From Ranitomeya imitator (Eukaryota): a stretch of DNA of 64,000 nt. Made by a program: the position numbers and the translations under genes. Under the pieces are notes generated by a model. The model was not told the origin of the DNA, did no database searches, and saw nothing but the letters and a program-made list of their open reading frames with translations. The stretch's first letter is position 1. Each line of letters opens with the position of its first letter. Where the stretch lies: the NCBI RefSeq assembly GCF_032444005.1, contig NW_027193546.1, forward strand, positions 310,001 to 374,000, given 5' to 3'. Positions 24,301-36,056 of this stretch are shown here, in pieces.

Positions 24301-24643
24301 GCAGGAAGTATCTCCGCTTATACCCGGTGAGTGAGACGGAGCGCCTGTACCCATTTGATAGCTCTCTTCTTCACAACACCAGCCAGGTAGGTGTTCTCCT
24401 CCACTTCCTCCTCTGCCTCCACCTATAACGTTCTAGTTTTCTGTTACAGCTCTGATCACGGCCTTTTCTCAATCTCAGGTGGACATAGACAACCCGGACA
24501 CAGACCAGTTCCCTGCCTTTGCCCAGGCAGCTTATCAAGAGTGTATCCTGTGCCCGGGGCAGATCCTGTTCATTCCGGTGAAATGGTGGCATTATGTGAA
24601 GGCTCTGGATATCAGTTTTTCTGTCAGTTTTTGGTGGTCTTGA
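5874..24643 (+). CDS. kdm8: KDM8/JMJD5 JmjC-domain 2-oxoglutarate oxygenase; spliced CDS join(5874..6312,12532..12614,12847..13007,17316..17448,18940..18987,24014..24163,24294..24386,24479..24643), 423 aa
   Basis: All introns are GT..AG with consistent phases, and the exons total 1272 nt. The translation contains the KDM8 motifs [62 protein letters not shown] and [19 protein letters not shown]. The H-x-D...H and Lys cofactor residues are intact. AATAAA at 24743-24748. Confidence 0.96.
6554..6714. repeat. Near-perfect inverted repeat (68-bp arms, 25-nt loop) in a KDM8 intron
   Basis: 6554-6621 is the reverse complement of 6647-6714 with 4 mismatches. Confidence 0.9.
8447..8797. mobile_element. 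Harbinger-type MITE nested in the Kolobok element, with a second related copy at ~8110-8443
   Basis: tta-GGCTATGTGCACACG...CGTGGGCACATAGCC-tta. Confidence 0.7.
8930..11640. repeat. ~385-390-bp tandem repeat, about 7 diverged copies, internal to the Kolobok element
   Basis: The anchor tctagtttccaaaatggggtcacttgtgggggg recurs near 9280, 9668, 10055, 10448, 10837 and 11219. Confidence 0.85.
12196..12350. repeat. ~49-bp tandem repeat, 3 copies
   Basis: agatccttctctaccagtg...agtttcactccccc repeated. Confidence 0.8.
12532..12614 (+). CDS. kdm8: KDM8 coding exon 2 (83 nt linker)
   Basis: Polypyrimidine tract ending ttcag, donor gag|gtagtt. Its phase 1 start and phase 0 end exactly bridge the neighbouring exons ([28 protein letters not shown]). 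Confidence 0.75.
12847..13007 (+). CDS. kdm8: KDM8 coding exon 3
   Basis: KIPRP...[33 protein letters not shown]; tgcag acceptor, ag|gtaaga donor. Confidence 0.93.
13490..14910 (+). mobile_element. Degenerate Tc1-family (DD34E) transposon with transposase remnant ~13900-14887
   Basis: Contains HTH/NLS region [38 protein letters not shown] and [16 protein letters not shown]. Frameshifted; the segment carrying the first catalytic D (after VLW) is deleted. Right end is lost under a T2 fragment. Confidence 0.9.
15293..16778. mobile_element. Tc1/mariner(pogo-like) MITE with TA target duplication
   Basis: TA|CCGTATATACTCGAGTATAAGCCGA...TCGGCTTATACTCGAGTATATACGG|TA; splits catttaac-TA-gttaata. Confidence 0.9.
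15908..16590. repeat. 57-bp tandem repeat, about 12 copies, inside the MITE
   Basis: Unit agcatt(c/a)taagg(a/g)gcacctatggggccataatcaaaggtgcagagcatatatggcac. Confidence 0.92.
17316..17448 (+). CDS. kdm8: KDM8 coding exon 4
   Basis: [45 protein letters not shown]; cacag acceptor, cag|gtaggt donor. Confidence 0.95.
18362..18838. mobile_element. Palindromic T2-type MITE
   Basis: Imperfect TIRs (ttgtccattacta.../...tagtgatggacaa), TTAA-like ends, and long internal inverted arms at 18432-18520 and 18690-18757. Confidence 0.65.
18940..18987 (+). CDS. kdm8: KDM8 coding exon 5 (48 nt)
   Basis: [16 protein letters not shown]; cccag acceptor, cag|gtaatt donor. Not present in the ORF track. Confidence 0.93.
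19318..21579. mobile_element. 2.2-kb palindromic insertion, probably a Penelope-like retroelement derivative with inverted terminal segments and a 21-bp target duplication
   Basis: 19318-~20045 is a near-identical reverse complement of ~20765-21487, with more diverged pairing further inward. TCTCTACATAGTTGGTAAGTA is duplicated at 19299-19319 and 21559-21579. A hammerhead-like GGCC-loop-GGCC-GAAACGTC motif is present. The PLE label is inference. Confidence 0.65.
22070..22830. mobile_element. Internal fragment of a Kolobok/T2-type element
   Basis: Inverted homolog of 14950-15290 plus typical A-rich T2 internal sequence. Confidence 0.6.
22940..23361. mobile_element. Harbinger-type MITE nested in a second palindromic MITE (~22850-23430)
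   Basis: GGCTACTTTCACACTAG TIRs. Flanks carry inverted arms cagtattttacatcagtatttgta..aaaaccaggagtgg / ccactcctggtttt..tacaaatactgaggtaaaatact. Confidence 0.8.
24014..24163 (+). CDS. kdm8: KDM8 coding exon 6 (JmjC, HxD)
   Basis: [50 protein letters not shown]. Confidence 0.96.
24294..24386 (+). CDS. kdm8: KDM8 coding exon 7
   Basis: [31 protein letters not shown]; GT/AG flanks. Confidence 0.95.
24479..24643 (+). CDS. kdm8: KDM8 terminal coding exon
   Basis: VDIDNPD...[26 protein letters not shown]; TGA at 24641-24643. Confidence 0.96.
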   Translation: MDIDNPDTDQFPAFAQAAYQECILCPGQILFIPVKWWHYVKALDISFSVSFWWS

Positions 24644-24742
24644 CCATGAACTTTCCTATTTGGGCATTTACTGTCATCTTGTGCTAATGTGTCCTTTTCC
24701 TATGCACTGTAACATTCGGGCTCATATGGGCACAGGGAGCTG

Positions 24743-24748
24743 AATAAA
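24743..24748 (+). terminator. Polyadenylation signal of KDM8
   Basis: AATAAA 100 nt after the stop codon. Confidence 0.7.
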
Positions 24749-26165
24749 ACCAGGCGTGTAAGAACCGGGTACAATACTCCTGCCTGAATGAGGCCTAATG
24801 TTTATACACCACAGACTTACCTATGACAAACAAGAGGATCTACAGCAGAAATTCAGATTTCACCCATTAACTATTTGTGACCTGCAAATATGTCTGGGTG
24901 TATAGAGCTGACTCGGGGGGCGAGCCTGCTGCATAGAGGTCAGGTGCAGGCAGCCGGCTCATATTGCTGCTTTTTAAGTATTAAAGTTTGATCGCCCCTA
25001 CGTAAGGGCAATGAGGTACTCGGTACTGGGTCCTTCAGTTCCCTCAGCGGGGATGTCACGGTGGCCCGACCCGGACCGTGGCCCTTTGAGGGGCACCAAA
25101 TAAAGGGCAACGTTTGTAGATAACGGTAGTGTTCGTGACGCCACCTGTAGTATTTGGTCAGAGTGACCGACGCTGCTTAGGGGTCCACTGGGGTGATGTT
25201 ATGGCAGCTAGATGGTATACCTTCCCACAGGTGAAGTATTTCCGCAGGGCTTCCCAAAAGTGTAGATGTTGATGGTGGGTGGTGCAAGGCACTGCGAATA
25301 ACGAGGACACAAAGGGTGTAGTCTCTTTACCTTTACTGAAGGCTTCAGCATCCACAGTCCAGAGTGCCGGATGACAGGGTAGGCAGAGTCCGGCCGGTCT
25401 GATGGCAATTCCAGAGTCCCCTTATCCAGGTGGAAATCGGTAGCCTTCCCCTTGCGCACAGTAGCATAGTAGGTCCCTACTTGCATTAGCTCCCATAAGG
25501 TCCTCACTGTTGTTACTTCTCTCTCTCTGTCCCCCAGATGGAGAGGACCAACCCGTATGACGGTGGTGGCCTGAGGCTATTTTATAGGGACCCTAGTGTC
25601 GCCCCCTCCTCCGAGTTGCCACCTTGTCTGCTTAGGTGTTTAGGTCGGACAGCCAACTTGGAATTGACTGCCCTGCCGATCTCTGAAGTAAAGCATAGAG
25701 TCTATTACTCCCTCAGTGTTCCAGCCACCAGATCTGCGCTTCAGATGGAGGCAGCCTGCTTCTAGCTGGTCTCCCACTGATGTTTGACTCCTGTTGCTAT
25801 GACTTCTTTTCTCACTCACTACGGCACACTTCCTTTTGTGTCCTTTCTCAGGATGCTGCCGCATGGGTTGCAGGCGCAGCTCCGTGTCCTTCTTTCTTTC
25901 CTCCTCAGACTTCAGTCTGGATCTGACCATGGATCACCCCTGCCAGCTCGACATGGAGACCTTTCCTCGTCGGTCCCCAGCCAGGAACTCTCCTCCAACT
26001 GATTTGAACTCACTAACTTCCTAACCAACCCACCAGTTTTACCCTATGTGAGGAGTGGCCTAGTAGGTAGAACCCTTAGCTCCCCCTGGTGGACTGGAGT
26101 GTGAAGTGGGTGTGTGGCTGTGATACCTGGCAAGGTGAACTCCTTTGGTGCCATCAGACATAACA

Positions 26166-26771
26166 TCAGCCATCCCCTAGTGGAAGAACGACATTACTGC
26201 AACGACCAGGACTCTGGGTCACCTGTTCGGGTGAAGAGCAGTAGTACGATGAGACGGTGATGTCGGGTTTGTACTTGCGGACGTGCAGGGCATACCACCC
26301 CTTGTCACCCCAATGCCGCGTGTACCTGACACGATCACTCGAGTACAGATCCCGGCCTGGGTGTCCTTCGATGAGGTGCGCCTCCACATCGCGCCGATTG
26401 ACAAACACTTCGATGGCGAGGCCAGGCTCCTTTATAAAGCCCCAACCTCCCTGCAGGCGGAAGGTTACGATGGTCCCATAATGCTGTGGGCCCCAGTCCT
26501 CGGCCATCTGCCTAGCCTTTGCTTTGGCCTGCAGGTCCCTCTCACGGTCAGCCTGACGTTGGAGCTCCTTCCTCCTAGCCCACTCCTGCTGACGCAGCTG
26601 CCGGCGGTATGCTTCATGGGCGATTACCGCAATACTCTCCCCCTCTGGCTGGTCCTCCCCAGGGAACCCGATCAGGTTGGTGGTGGCACGGGTCCACTTA
26701 AAGGTCACCCACTCTCCCTGGATGTCCACTTTCTGCCTGATGGGCTGCAGCGGAACGTCTGAGGTCCTCAT
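26166..26771 (-). CDS. LTR-element ORF remnant with a charged helical segment followed by a cold-shock (OB-fold)-like domain (~26274-26483); 3' part truncated at the LTR junction
   Basis: HYGTIVTF-RLQGGWGFI-KEPGLAIEVFVNRRDV...DLYSSDRVRY...GDKGWYALHV follows the CSD pattern GTVKWF / KGFGFI (RNP1) / DVFVHFSAI (RNP2) / L-EGQ-V-F / G-RGPQA-NV. Confidence 0.65.
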   Translation of the reverse strand: MRTSDVPLQPIRQKVDIQGEWVTFKWTRATTNLIGFPGEDQPEGESIAVIAHEAYRRQLRQQEWARRKELQRQADRERDLQAKAKARQMAEDWGPQHYGTIVTFRLQGGWGFIKEPGLAIEVFVNRRDVEAHLIEGHPGRDLYSSDRVRYTRHWGDKGWYALHVRKYKPDITVSSYYCSSPEQVTQSPGRCSNVVLPLGDG

Positions 26772-27474
26772 AGTCTCCCATGGCCTCTCCCACTCTTAAG
26801 CGACTACACACCCGGCGGGGTGGAGGTGGTGGGGGTGAATCTACGTCCACTAGCAGGGATCCCTCGGCTACCGGGGCAGGGTCGGTGTTGTTACCTGCCT
26901 CTGTGGCATCTCTGGTGCCGATCTCCTCTGCCTCAGGCTCGGACGGTTGGCTGCATGGTTGCTTCTCAGGGCCGGCGGTTGCACGTTGGCAAAGGTTCCG
27001 GAGCTGCCGACACAGCTCGTCGACTTCCGCTCCCAGAACCTCCTGGTTTGCGCATCCTGGCGGGGTTCCACTTGGCTCCCATTGGCTGAGCAGCGACGGG
27101 TATTCTCCCCCTCTACCAGACTGCCTCCGCTCACCATGATGCCAACCTGGTTCTGCCGAATGGCGTCCAGCGGTTCTTGCTCCTCCGGAGGGCGGTTCCT
27201 TCTTCGTCCTCCACCATCCCAGACCGGGAGGCGGCCTTTTTTTGTTGATGGGCATATTTCCCGGACATAGTAGTACCTGTGAGGGGCTAGCTTTACTTTC
27301 GCACCGTTCTTCCATGCTACGCCCACTATCACACGCCCCACTCCTCCAGCACGCCACATGGTGCTGCAATGGCGGCGGTTTTGGCGGGAATTTTGGCGGT
27401 AACCAGCAATACACAGTCTTTAAACAATTCACAGTTCTTAGGCGCGCATGACCCGATTTTTCAGGCTTAAGTCC

Positions 27475-27492
27475 ATCCTGTTTGTGACGCCA
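27475..27492 (-). promoter_or_regulatory. Primer-binding site complementary to the 3' end of tRNA-Ser(CGA)
   Basis: TGGCGTCACAAACAGGAT matches 17/18 to the complement of the vertebrate tRNA-Ser(CGA) end ...AUCCUGUUCGUGACGCCA (recalled, not searched). Confidence 0.75.
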
Positions 27493-28272
27493 AAAAGTTG
27501 GATCGCCCCCACGTAAGGGCAATGGGGTACTCGGTACCGGGTCCTTCAGCTCCCTCAGCAAGGATGGCACTGTGGCCCGACCCGGACCGTGGCCCTATGA
27601 GGGGCGTCCAATAAAAGGCAGAGTTCGTAGATAACGGTAATGTTCGTGATGCCACCTGTGGTATTCGGTCAGAGTGACCGACGCTGCTCAGGGGTCCGCT
27701 GGGGTTATGTTATGGCAGCTAGATGGTATACCTTCCCACAGGTGAAGTATATCCCCAGGGCTTCCCAGAAGTGTAGATGATGATGGTGGATGATGTAAGG
27801 CGCGGCGAATAACGAGGACACAATGGGTGCAGTCTCTTTACCTTTACTGAAGTCTTCAGCTTCCACAGTCTAGAGTGCCGGATGACAGGGTAGGCAGAGT
27901 CTGGCCGGTCTGATGGCAATTCCAGAGTCCCCTTATCCAGGTGGAAAACAGTAGCCTTCCCCTTGCGCACAGTAACGTAGTAGGTCCCTACTTGCATAAG
28001 CTACCATAAGGTCCTCACTGTTGTTACTTCTCTCTCGCTCTCTCTCTGTCCCCCAGATGGATAGGACAAACCCGTATGACAGTGATGGCCTGAGGCTATT
28101 TTATAGGGACCCAAGTGTCGCCTCTCCTCCACAATTGCCACCGTGTCTGCTTGGGTGTTTAGGTCGGACAGCCAACTTGGAATCGACTGCCCTGCCGGTC
28201 TCTAAAGTAAAGCGTAGAGTCTATTACTCCCTCGGTGTTCCGGCCACCAGATCTGCGCTTCAGATGGAGGCA

Positions 28273-29040
28273 GAAGACACAAAAGAGAATAGTAAAACCA
28301 AAAACACTCAGTTTGAAAAAATGTTGCAGTAATCCGCAAGTGCTAGTAAAAGATGTAAAAAACAGGGTATTTGGTTGATACGTTTTTTGCAAAAAATGTA
28401 TACTAAGCTGCTCTACCAATCTTCACGGTATACCCTTATCAGAGCAGTCCTAACTAATGTATGCAATCCCTATCTGATGTATTTAAAAACCTGATCATCT
28501 GTATATAACCTGTGTGAACAGGGTTCAGAGAGGAAGAATCCATGTGTGCATACAGGGTAGAACAGCTTTTGTGCAGATAGCCCAAGAGGAGTGGTGAAAC
28601 TCCCCAGTCTTGTAGACACAAGAGAACAATTATGGAAACAGGAACACATGGGCTACTTGCACAGTGAACAAGTCTGTATGATCATGTTCACACACCACCA
28701 AGAAACCTGAAGACACAAAAGAGAATAGTAAAACCAAAAACACTCAGTTTGAAAAAATGTTGCAGTAATCCGCAAGTGCTAGTAAAAGATGTAAAAAACA
28801 GGGTATTTGGTTGATACGTTTTTTGCAAAAAATGTATACTAAGCTGCTCTACCAATCTTCACGGTATACCCTTATCAGAGCAGTCCTAACTAATGTATGC
28901 AATCCCTATCTGATGTATTTAAAAACCTGATCATCTGTATATAACCTGTGTGAACAGGGTTCAGAGAGGAAGAATCCATGTGTGCATACAGGGTAGAACA
29001 GCTTTTGTGCAGATAGCCCAAGAGGAGTGGTGGAACTCCA
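28273..29040. repeat. 436-bp near-exact tandem duplication (~1.75 copies)
   Basis: gaagacacaaaagagaatagtaaaacc starts at 28273 and again at 28709. Confidence 0.92.
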
Positions 29041-29179
29041 CACTCTAGTGTGATGCCGGCCTCATTCATTCTGTCTGTCTGTCTTGGAGTGTGGGTTGGT
29101 CAAATGTAAAAGAGGAGATTGGACAAAAAATGACATCACAAATCTTTTTTTTTTGTGTGTCAATAATAGATCTTAATTT

Positions 29180-29635
29180 AGCTTTCAAAAACGCATACAA
29201 ATCTGCATGGAAAAAATGCAGCAAAAAATGCAGCAAAAACACGACAATACCGCACCTGTGTTTTCTGACGAGAGGGAAGAATCTGACGCAGAAATTCTTA
29301 AGGAAAATCCGCAACGTGTGCACATAGCCTAAAATGCTGCGGAATGCGCACAAATAATTGACATGCTGCAGAAAATACAATGCAGCGTTTCCGCACAGTC
29401 TTCCACAGCATGTGCACTGCGGATTTGGTTTTCCATAGGTTTACATGGTACTGTAGACAGCATGGGAAATTGCTGCAGATCCGTAGCGTCAAAAGCGCCG
29501 CGGATCCACAGTAAAAACCACAACGCGTGCACATGGCCTTACATGGTACTGTAACGGGATGGAAAACTGCTTCAAATCCGCAGCGTCCAATCCATTGTGG
29601 ATCTGCAGGCAAATCCGCAACGTGTGCACATACCC
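29180..29635. mobile_element. Cluster of partial Harbinger-type MITEs
   Basis: Repeated cgtg(t/c)gcacat(a/g)(g)cc(c) termini at ~29330, ~29538 and ~29634. Confidence 0.55.
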
Positions 29636-29932
29636 TACTCTTCTGAGAGCATCCAGATGTCCGCCCATCTGTAATTGTGAGCCCCGATGAGGACAGCAAT
29701 TATAATGTATGTAAGGTGATGTGGAATTACTGATACTATATAAGTCACTTAAATGTATGATTATTATATAATTTATGTTAACAATAAATTTAATTGATTA
29801 GATTACTCCACCGTGATTACACTATGATCGGGAAAGGTGATTAAAATATTCAACTTATTTCTCTAAGCAAAAAAATAAATTGCATACAGTAGAAGCTGTA
29901 AATTAAATTGTGTAGAAACTGAACAATGAGCA

Positions 29933-30431
<499 letters not shown>

Positions 30432-30461
30432 TTGTGTTCTCTTCTGTCTTCACAACCCAAA

Positions 30462-30477
30462 GGCTCTTTTCAGAGCC
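30462..30477 (+). terminator. Histone 3' stem-loop of H4 with a purine-rich HDE downstream
   Basis: GGCTCT-TTTC-AGAGCC then ACCCA and aaagaaaagct. Confidence 0.95.
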
Positions 30478-31293
30478 ACCCACATTTATAAAGAAAAGCT
30501 ATGATCTCCGCTGTGTGATGCGGACATTTGCTGTAATATGCGCCATCGGCGGCTAAACTGGAAGATCATGGGTTGGAATATCCACAGCGCTATATGCATT
30601 AATATTTCAGCACTGGGCACTTACTGCACTATACCGCAAACCGCTGTATCACAGTATGCAGCACTATATGGGGGGTACAAAGAACTGTTCAGAAAGATAC
30701 ATTGCTATATAGAGGTATGTGGGGATTTCTGCATTACAGGGGGCATAGAGCGGTATACAGATGTGCACTGCACTGTTATATGGAGGTATACAGAATTACA
30801 CGGGGTTTCCAGCACCATCTGGAGATATGACTGCGCTATATGGAGTCTAACATGTCGGGCGCTGTACTGTAACTGCATAATGTGGCACAATCATTTGTCA
30901 GTAAGTTGCAGTATATGGGGGCACTCTGCACTATTCAGATGAATAACAGCACTATATTGGAGTATACTGCAGCACATGAAGGGTAAACAACATGAACACA
31001 GAGCGCAATATGAGGGTGCACTGCGGTATATGGCGCTTCACAGCACTATCTAGATGTATAGAGCATTATACAGGGTTTTACAGCGCTATATGGTGGATGC
31101 TGCAAAGAAGAAGCAATGATTTGGGAAACCACCAATCAGCTGCAGTGGGCGGAGCGTCTGACGTTACCGTTGGTCACATGACTTCATCACCCAATAGCAC
31201 GGCGGTCTGACAGCAGCGCTCATCTGCATGGCCGGGCTATAAATTCCGCCGCTCTTGGAGGCGCAGGATCATTATTCTTCTCACTTGTGCTGA

Positions 31294-31692
<399 letters not shown>

Positions 31693-31722
31693 NNNNNTCC
31701 GTGCTCCGCTCCTCACCCCAAA

Positions 31723-31738
31723 GGCTCTTCTAAGAGCC
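31723..31738 (+). terminator. Histone 3' stem-loop of H2B
   Basis: GGCTCT-TCTA-AGAGCC-ACCCA. Confidence 0.93.
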
Positions 31739-32766
31739 ACCCACACCCTCACTATAAGAGCCACCCACACTGCTCCGGTGTCCTCTCCCGTCTCCCCGAG
31801 GTGTCTGCTCGCTCCGCCCGGGGCTCTGCGCCTGGTGACGAGGGAGATGGTGAGAAAATCTCAGGAATAATCTGGGCATTGCTCAGCGAGTTGATGTGTA
31901 TTCAGGGACTTCTTATTTAACTCCTTGCTGCACAGATCTCGGCATTCTGGGGTCTCGTTTATTAGTTCATTACTCTCGTTTCTCAGGTAACAGGAGCCAT
32001 TTGTGGTGGAGTTGATCTAGAGCCTAATCTGGATTCTTTTTACAGTGTAAGTGACGTCATTACATTTAGAAGCGGCGGGAAATTCAAACCCCCAACCGTC
32101 CTGTGTTCAGCCAATCAGCAGAGGGAGGAGCTAATGTTTCCAATGGTAACACGTTTACGGTTCCCGCTTTTTTCCGTCTTTTGTCTTCATATAACACCTG
32201 GTACCAGGACCGATATCGGGAAATCTGCTTGTGTTGAGCGATCATTGGTCTCTTACATCCCACACAGGAATCTGCAGATTTCCAGGTTAGCGGCGCTGTA
32301 TCCGCTCCGGTTTCCTCTCATGGATATAGAGAATGATTCGTGTTCTCCACATGCTGTGATGTTCCCGTGTGTCTGACCTGGAGACGATCAGATCGTCCCT
32401 TTCCCGTCACAATCCGTATTGTGGAGACGATATACTGGTCAGGGACATATCCTACAAGAGACATTTCAGGGAAGACCAATTCTGCCCTTCCCAGCAGATC
32501 CCACCATGTCTCCCCATTACAGATCAGTCCTACGGCTGCAGGCAGGAGGTCTGTGATGGGAAATGTAGGATCATGTGTAGAAGATTGCGGAGTGTCCCTG
32601 CTCAGAACATTACCCTGTGGTGTCAGGATCTCACAGGTCAGGCAGTTACATTATCGGCCGTCACATCCTCCTCACAGGATCCCTGCTCAGTTACTGATCG
32701 TCCTTCTGTTCTATCACTTTTCCTCCCCCGCTTCATCCAGTGTCAGGACTGGCGGCTCTCGGGCAA

Positions 32767-33714
32767 TATTATTATTTATTATTATTATAGCGCCATTTAT
32801 TCCATGGCGCTTTACATGTGAGGAGGGGTATACATAATAACAGGTACAATGATCTTGAACAATACAAGTCATAACTGGTACAGGAGGAGAGAGGACCCTG
32901 CCCACGAGGGCTCGCAATCTACAATGGATGGATGAGGATACAGTAGGTGAAGGTAGAGCTGGTCGATCAGTGGTGGTTACTGCAGGTTGTAGGCTTGTCG
33001 GAAGAGGTGGGTCTTTAGGCTCTTTTTGAAGGTTTCCATGGTAGGTGAGAGTCTGATGTGTTGTGGTAGAGGGTTCCAGAGTAGGGGTGATGCGCAAGAG
33101 AAATCTTGTATGCGATTGTGGGAAGAGGAGATAAGAGGGGAGTAGAGAAGGAGATCTTGTGAGGATCGGAGGTTGCAGGAAAGTACCGGGAGAGGAGGTC
33201 ACAGATGTATAAAGGAGACATTTTGTGGATGGCTTTGTATGTCATGGTTAGGCTTTTGTACTGGAGTCTCTGGGTAATGGGGAGCCAGTGAAGGGATTGA
33301 CAGAGGGGAGAGGCCGGGGAATAGCGGGGGACAGGTTGGTTAGTCGGGCAGGAGAGTTTAGAATAGATAGGAGGGGTGCGAGAGTGTTAGAGGGGAGGCC
33401 ACAGAGCAGGAGGTTACAGTAGTCCAGGCGGGAGATGATGAGGGCATAGACTAGGGTTTTTGCAGATTCTTGGTTTAGAAATCTACAGATCCTTGAAATA
33501 TTTTGAGTTGAAGGCGGCAGGAAGTGGAAAGGGCTTGGATATGAGGTTTGAAGGAGAGATGAGTGTCAAGGATTACCCCGAGGCAGCGAACTTGGACTGA
33601 GGAGAGTGGGCAGCCGTTTCCTGTAATGGATAGGTTCGTTGGGGGGTTGCGTGTGATGTGGGAAAGACAATGAATTCTGTTTTGCCCACATGTAGAAGTT
33701 CCGAGAATGTGGAG
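32767..33714 (-). mobile_element. 5'-truncated L2/CR1-clade LINE 3' fragment
   Basis: (TAA)n-like tail at 32767. Minus-strand RT C-terminal remnants (CLGVILD, LIISRLDYCNLLLCGLP, LHWLPI) with frameshifts. Confidence 0.85.
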
Positions 33715-33992
33715 GGGAACAACGAATCATGGGAGAAATATCCCAATACAATTGCAGGATAGGATCCTCTAGCACTAGATGTAATAATGTAAAACGAATG
33801 CCATAGATCTCATAGGGTTAATATGACGTGAGATAAAACCACTGCAGTGCAGAGAGATCCGATCACAAGTCTGACTGTAAGATGCCCCAAGTACTGGTGA
33901 CTCCCATCACAGCACAAATGCGGTTTCTTCATATTGATCTATAAAATAAATAGAACACGGATTTACAGGGAAATGGGCTGTACAGTAATATT

Positions 33993-34188
33993 CTCCTGAT
34001 CAGATCCGTGTGGGGTGAATAGGGCAGCGAATATTCACAGGGAATGTGGCTGTCTGAGGCAGCTGGATAGATGGACGCCCTGTGTACCGGGTACGGAGAC
34101 TCCTATGTGATGACCACGTCCCGGACACTAATGTTTCGGATGGATGGCGCCTATGAAGGTTATTATAACCTCCCCAGAGTAATAATGG
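33993..34188. repeat. Left arm of inverted repeat bracketing H2A (pairs with 35879-36056)
   Basis: Reverse-complement homology, e.g. ggcgccatccatccgaaacattagtgtcc.ggacgtggtcatcaca and acagggcgtccatctatccagctgcctc. Confidence 0.88.
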
Positions 34189-35004
34189 CGACCGATCCCC
34201 GCCCGTGTTTGGGGGCATGAACAAGGATAATGGTGTGCACTCAGGTCAAGGACACGGAGGTGTTTGGGGGCAGACAGCTGGGATGACAGGACCCGGTATT
34301 ATCAGCGATCGCCGCTCCAGCAGAGGGGCCGGTAATAAACCCGACGCACAAAGAGCAGAAACTGAGCGGGGAATTCAAAACCAGCAACGGATCTGTAATC
34401 AGCCAATGAGCGAGAGACATCCGCAGGCGCCGACCAATCCCAGATACAGGAATATCCGCCTCCATTTAACTCCTCAGTGTCCGTGTGTGCTGACCCCCCA
34501 CTACACACTCGCTTTACAGAAGCGGCGACTTCCCCCACCCGAGACCCGGCAGCGTCACATCAGGCTCCGGGCAGAACATAGGAGACTTGTCTCAGTCAGG
34601 CTGTGATAGTATAAGCGCGGACACCACACGGGATTTGCACAGGATAATAAGCGGGTGAGTGAGGAGCCTCCTCCTGACAGGAATTAACCCCTCGCCCGCC
34701 AGACTGTCAGTGCAATATATGGCTGATAGAAGACACAAGTCCAACAAGTGCAAACAACAAGTCAACAGAATATTTCTGCATTTCCTTCTGCTCCAGGACA
34801 GATATCTGTTTTCACCCCTTATCTATTCTGTCCAAAGCGAACGTTTTCTATTGGGTGAGAAACTCATTTGAGCAAGCCGCGGTAATAAGCTCCGCCCTCT
34901 GGAGCTCATTGGTGGATCTACAAGACTCTTCTCCATTTTCAGCTTCAGATCCGTCCAATGACAGGAGAGGAGGGCGGAGCAACGGACTATATAAGGCGAC
35001 ATAG

Positions 35005-35445
<441 letters not shown>

Positions 35446-35474
35446 GCGCTGCCGCCAATCTCTACAAAACCAAA

Positions 35475-35490
35475 GGCTCTTCTAAGAGCC
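35475..35490 (+). terminator. Histone 3' stem-loop of H2A
   Basis: GGCTCT-TCTA-AGAGCC-ACCCA. Confidence 0.95.
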
Positions 35491-35722
35491 ACCCACACCG
35501 TCACCACAAGAGCCGGCGCCGCCTATCTCGGGGGTCCTCGCATGAGGCTGATAGTTCATACACCATTGCCGCCATTGTTGGTGCACATATCCACAGAATA
35601 ACAGGAGATGAATGGGTCAATCCCACATGAAGTCTCAGACCCTCAGGTGGAGTGTCGTCTGCCAAGCTCGCAGGAAATGTCCCCTCCTTAGTGTCTGATA
35701 CTCCGCGGTGAGGTCTACACTG

Positions 35723-35772
<50 letters not shown>

Positions 35773-35878
35773 TGGCAGGACCTCAAAACACGCCGCCGTG
35801 GCTGCCGGACCTCGAAACACATCTGCCCGGCTGTCAGACATTGAAACACACCACCGCAGCTGTCGGACCTCAAACAGC

Positions 35879-36056
35879 CCATTATTATTCTGAAGAGGTT
35901 ATAATAGTCTTCAGGGGCGCCATCCATCCGAAACATTAGTGTCCAGGACGTGGTCATCACACAGGAGTCTCCGTACCCTATGTGATGACACACAGGGCGT
36001 CCATCTATCCAGCTGCCTCCTACAGCCACATTCCCTGTACAAGGATCTGATCAGGA
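35879..36056. repeat. Right arm of inverted repeat bracketing H2A
   Basis: Reverse complement homolog of 33993-34188. Confidence 0.88.

Larger units (their letters stand above)
24989..28273 (-). mobile_element. Internally deleted Gypsy-type LTR retrotransposon: 3' LTR ~24989-26219, internal ~26220-27498, truncated 5' LTR 27499-28273
   Basis: Two homologous direct repeats (24989-25754 vs 27499-28273) end in CA on the minus strand. The PBS TGGCGTCACAAACAGGAT immediately follows the 5' LTR. No pol sequence is seen. Confidence 0.88.

Noticed and set aside
26283-27451. Plus-strand ORFs overlapping the LTR internal region
   Set aside because: They are antisense shadows of the GC-rich minus-strand ORF; PBS orientation defines the minus strand as sense.
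31698-31920. C-terminal extension of the H2B ORF across the gap
   Set aside because: Artefact of translating Ns; the stem-loop at 31723 shows the CDS ends before it.
32340-32837. Two overlapping Cys-containing ORFs (150-165 aa) in the H2B-H2A spacer
   Set aside because: No recognisable domain; only a faint NITL resemblance to TRIM or V2R proteins, not enough to call.
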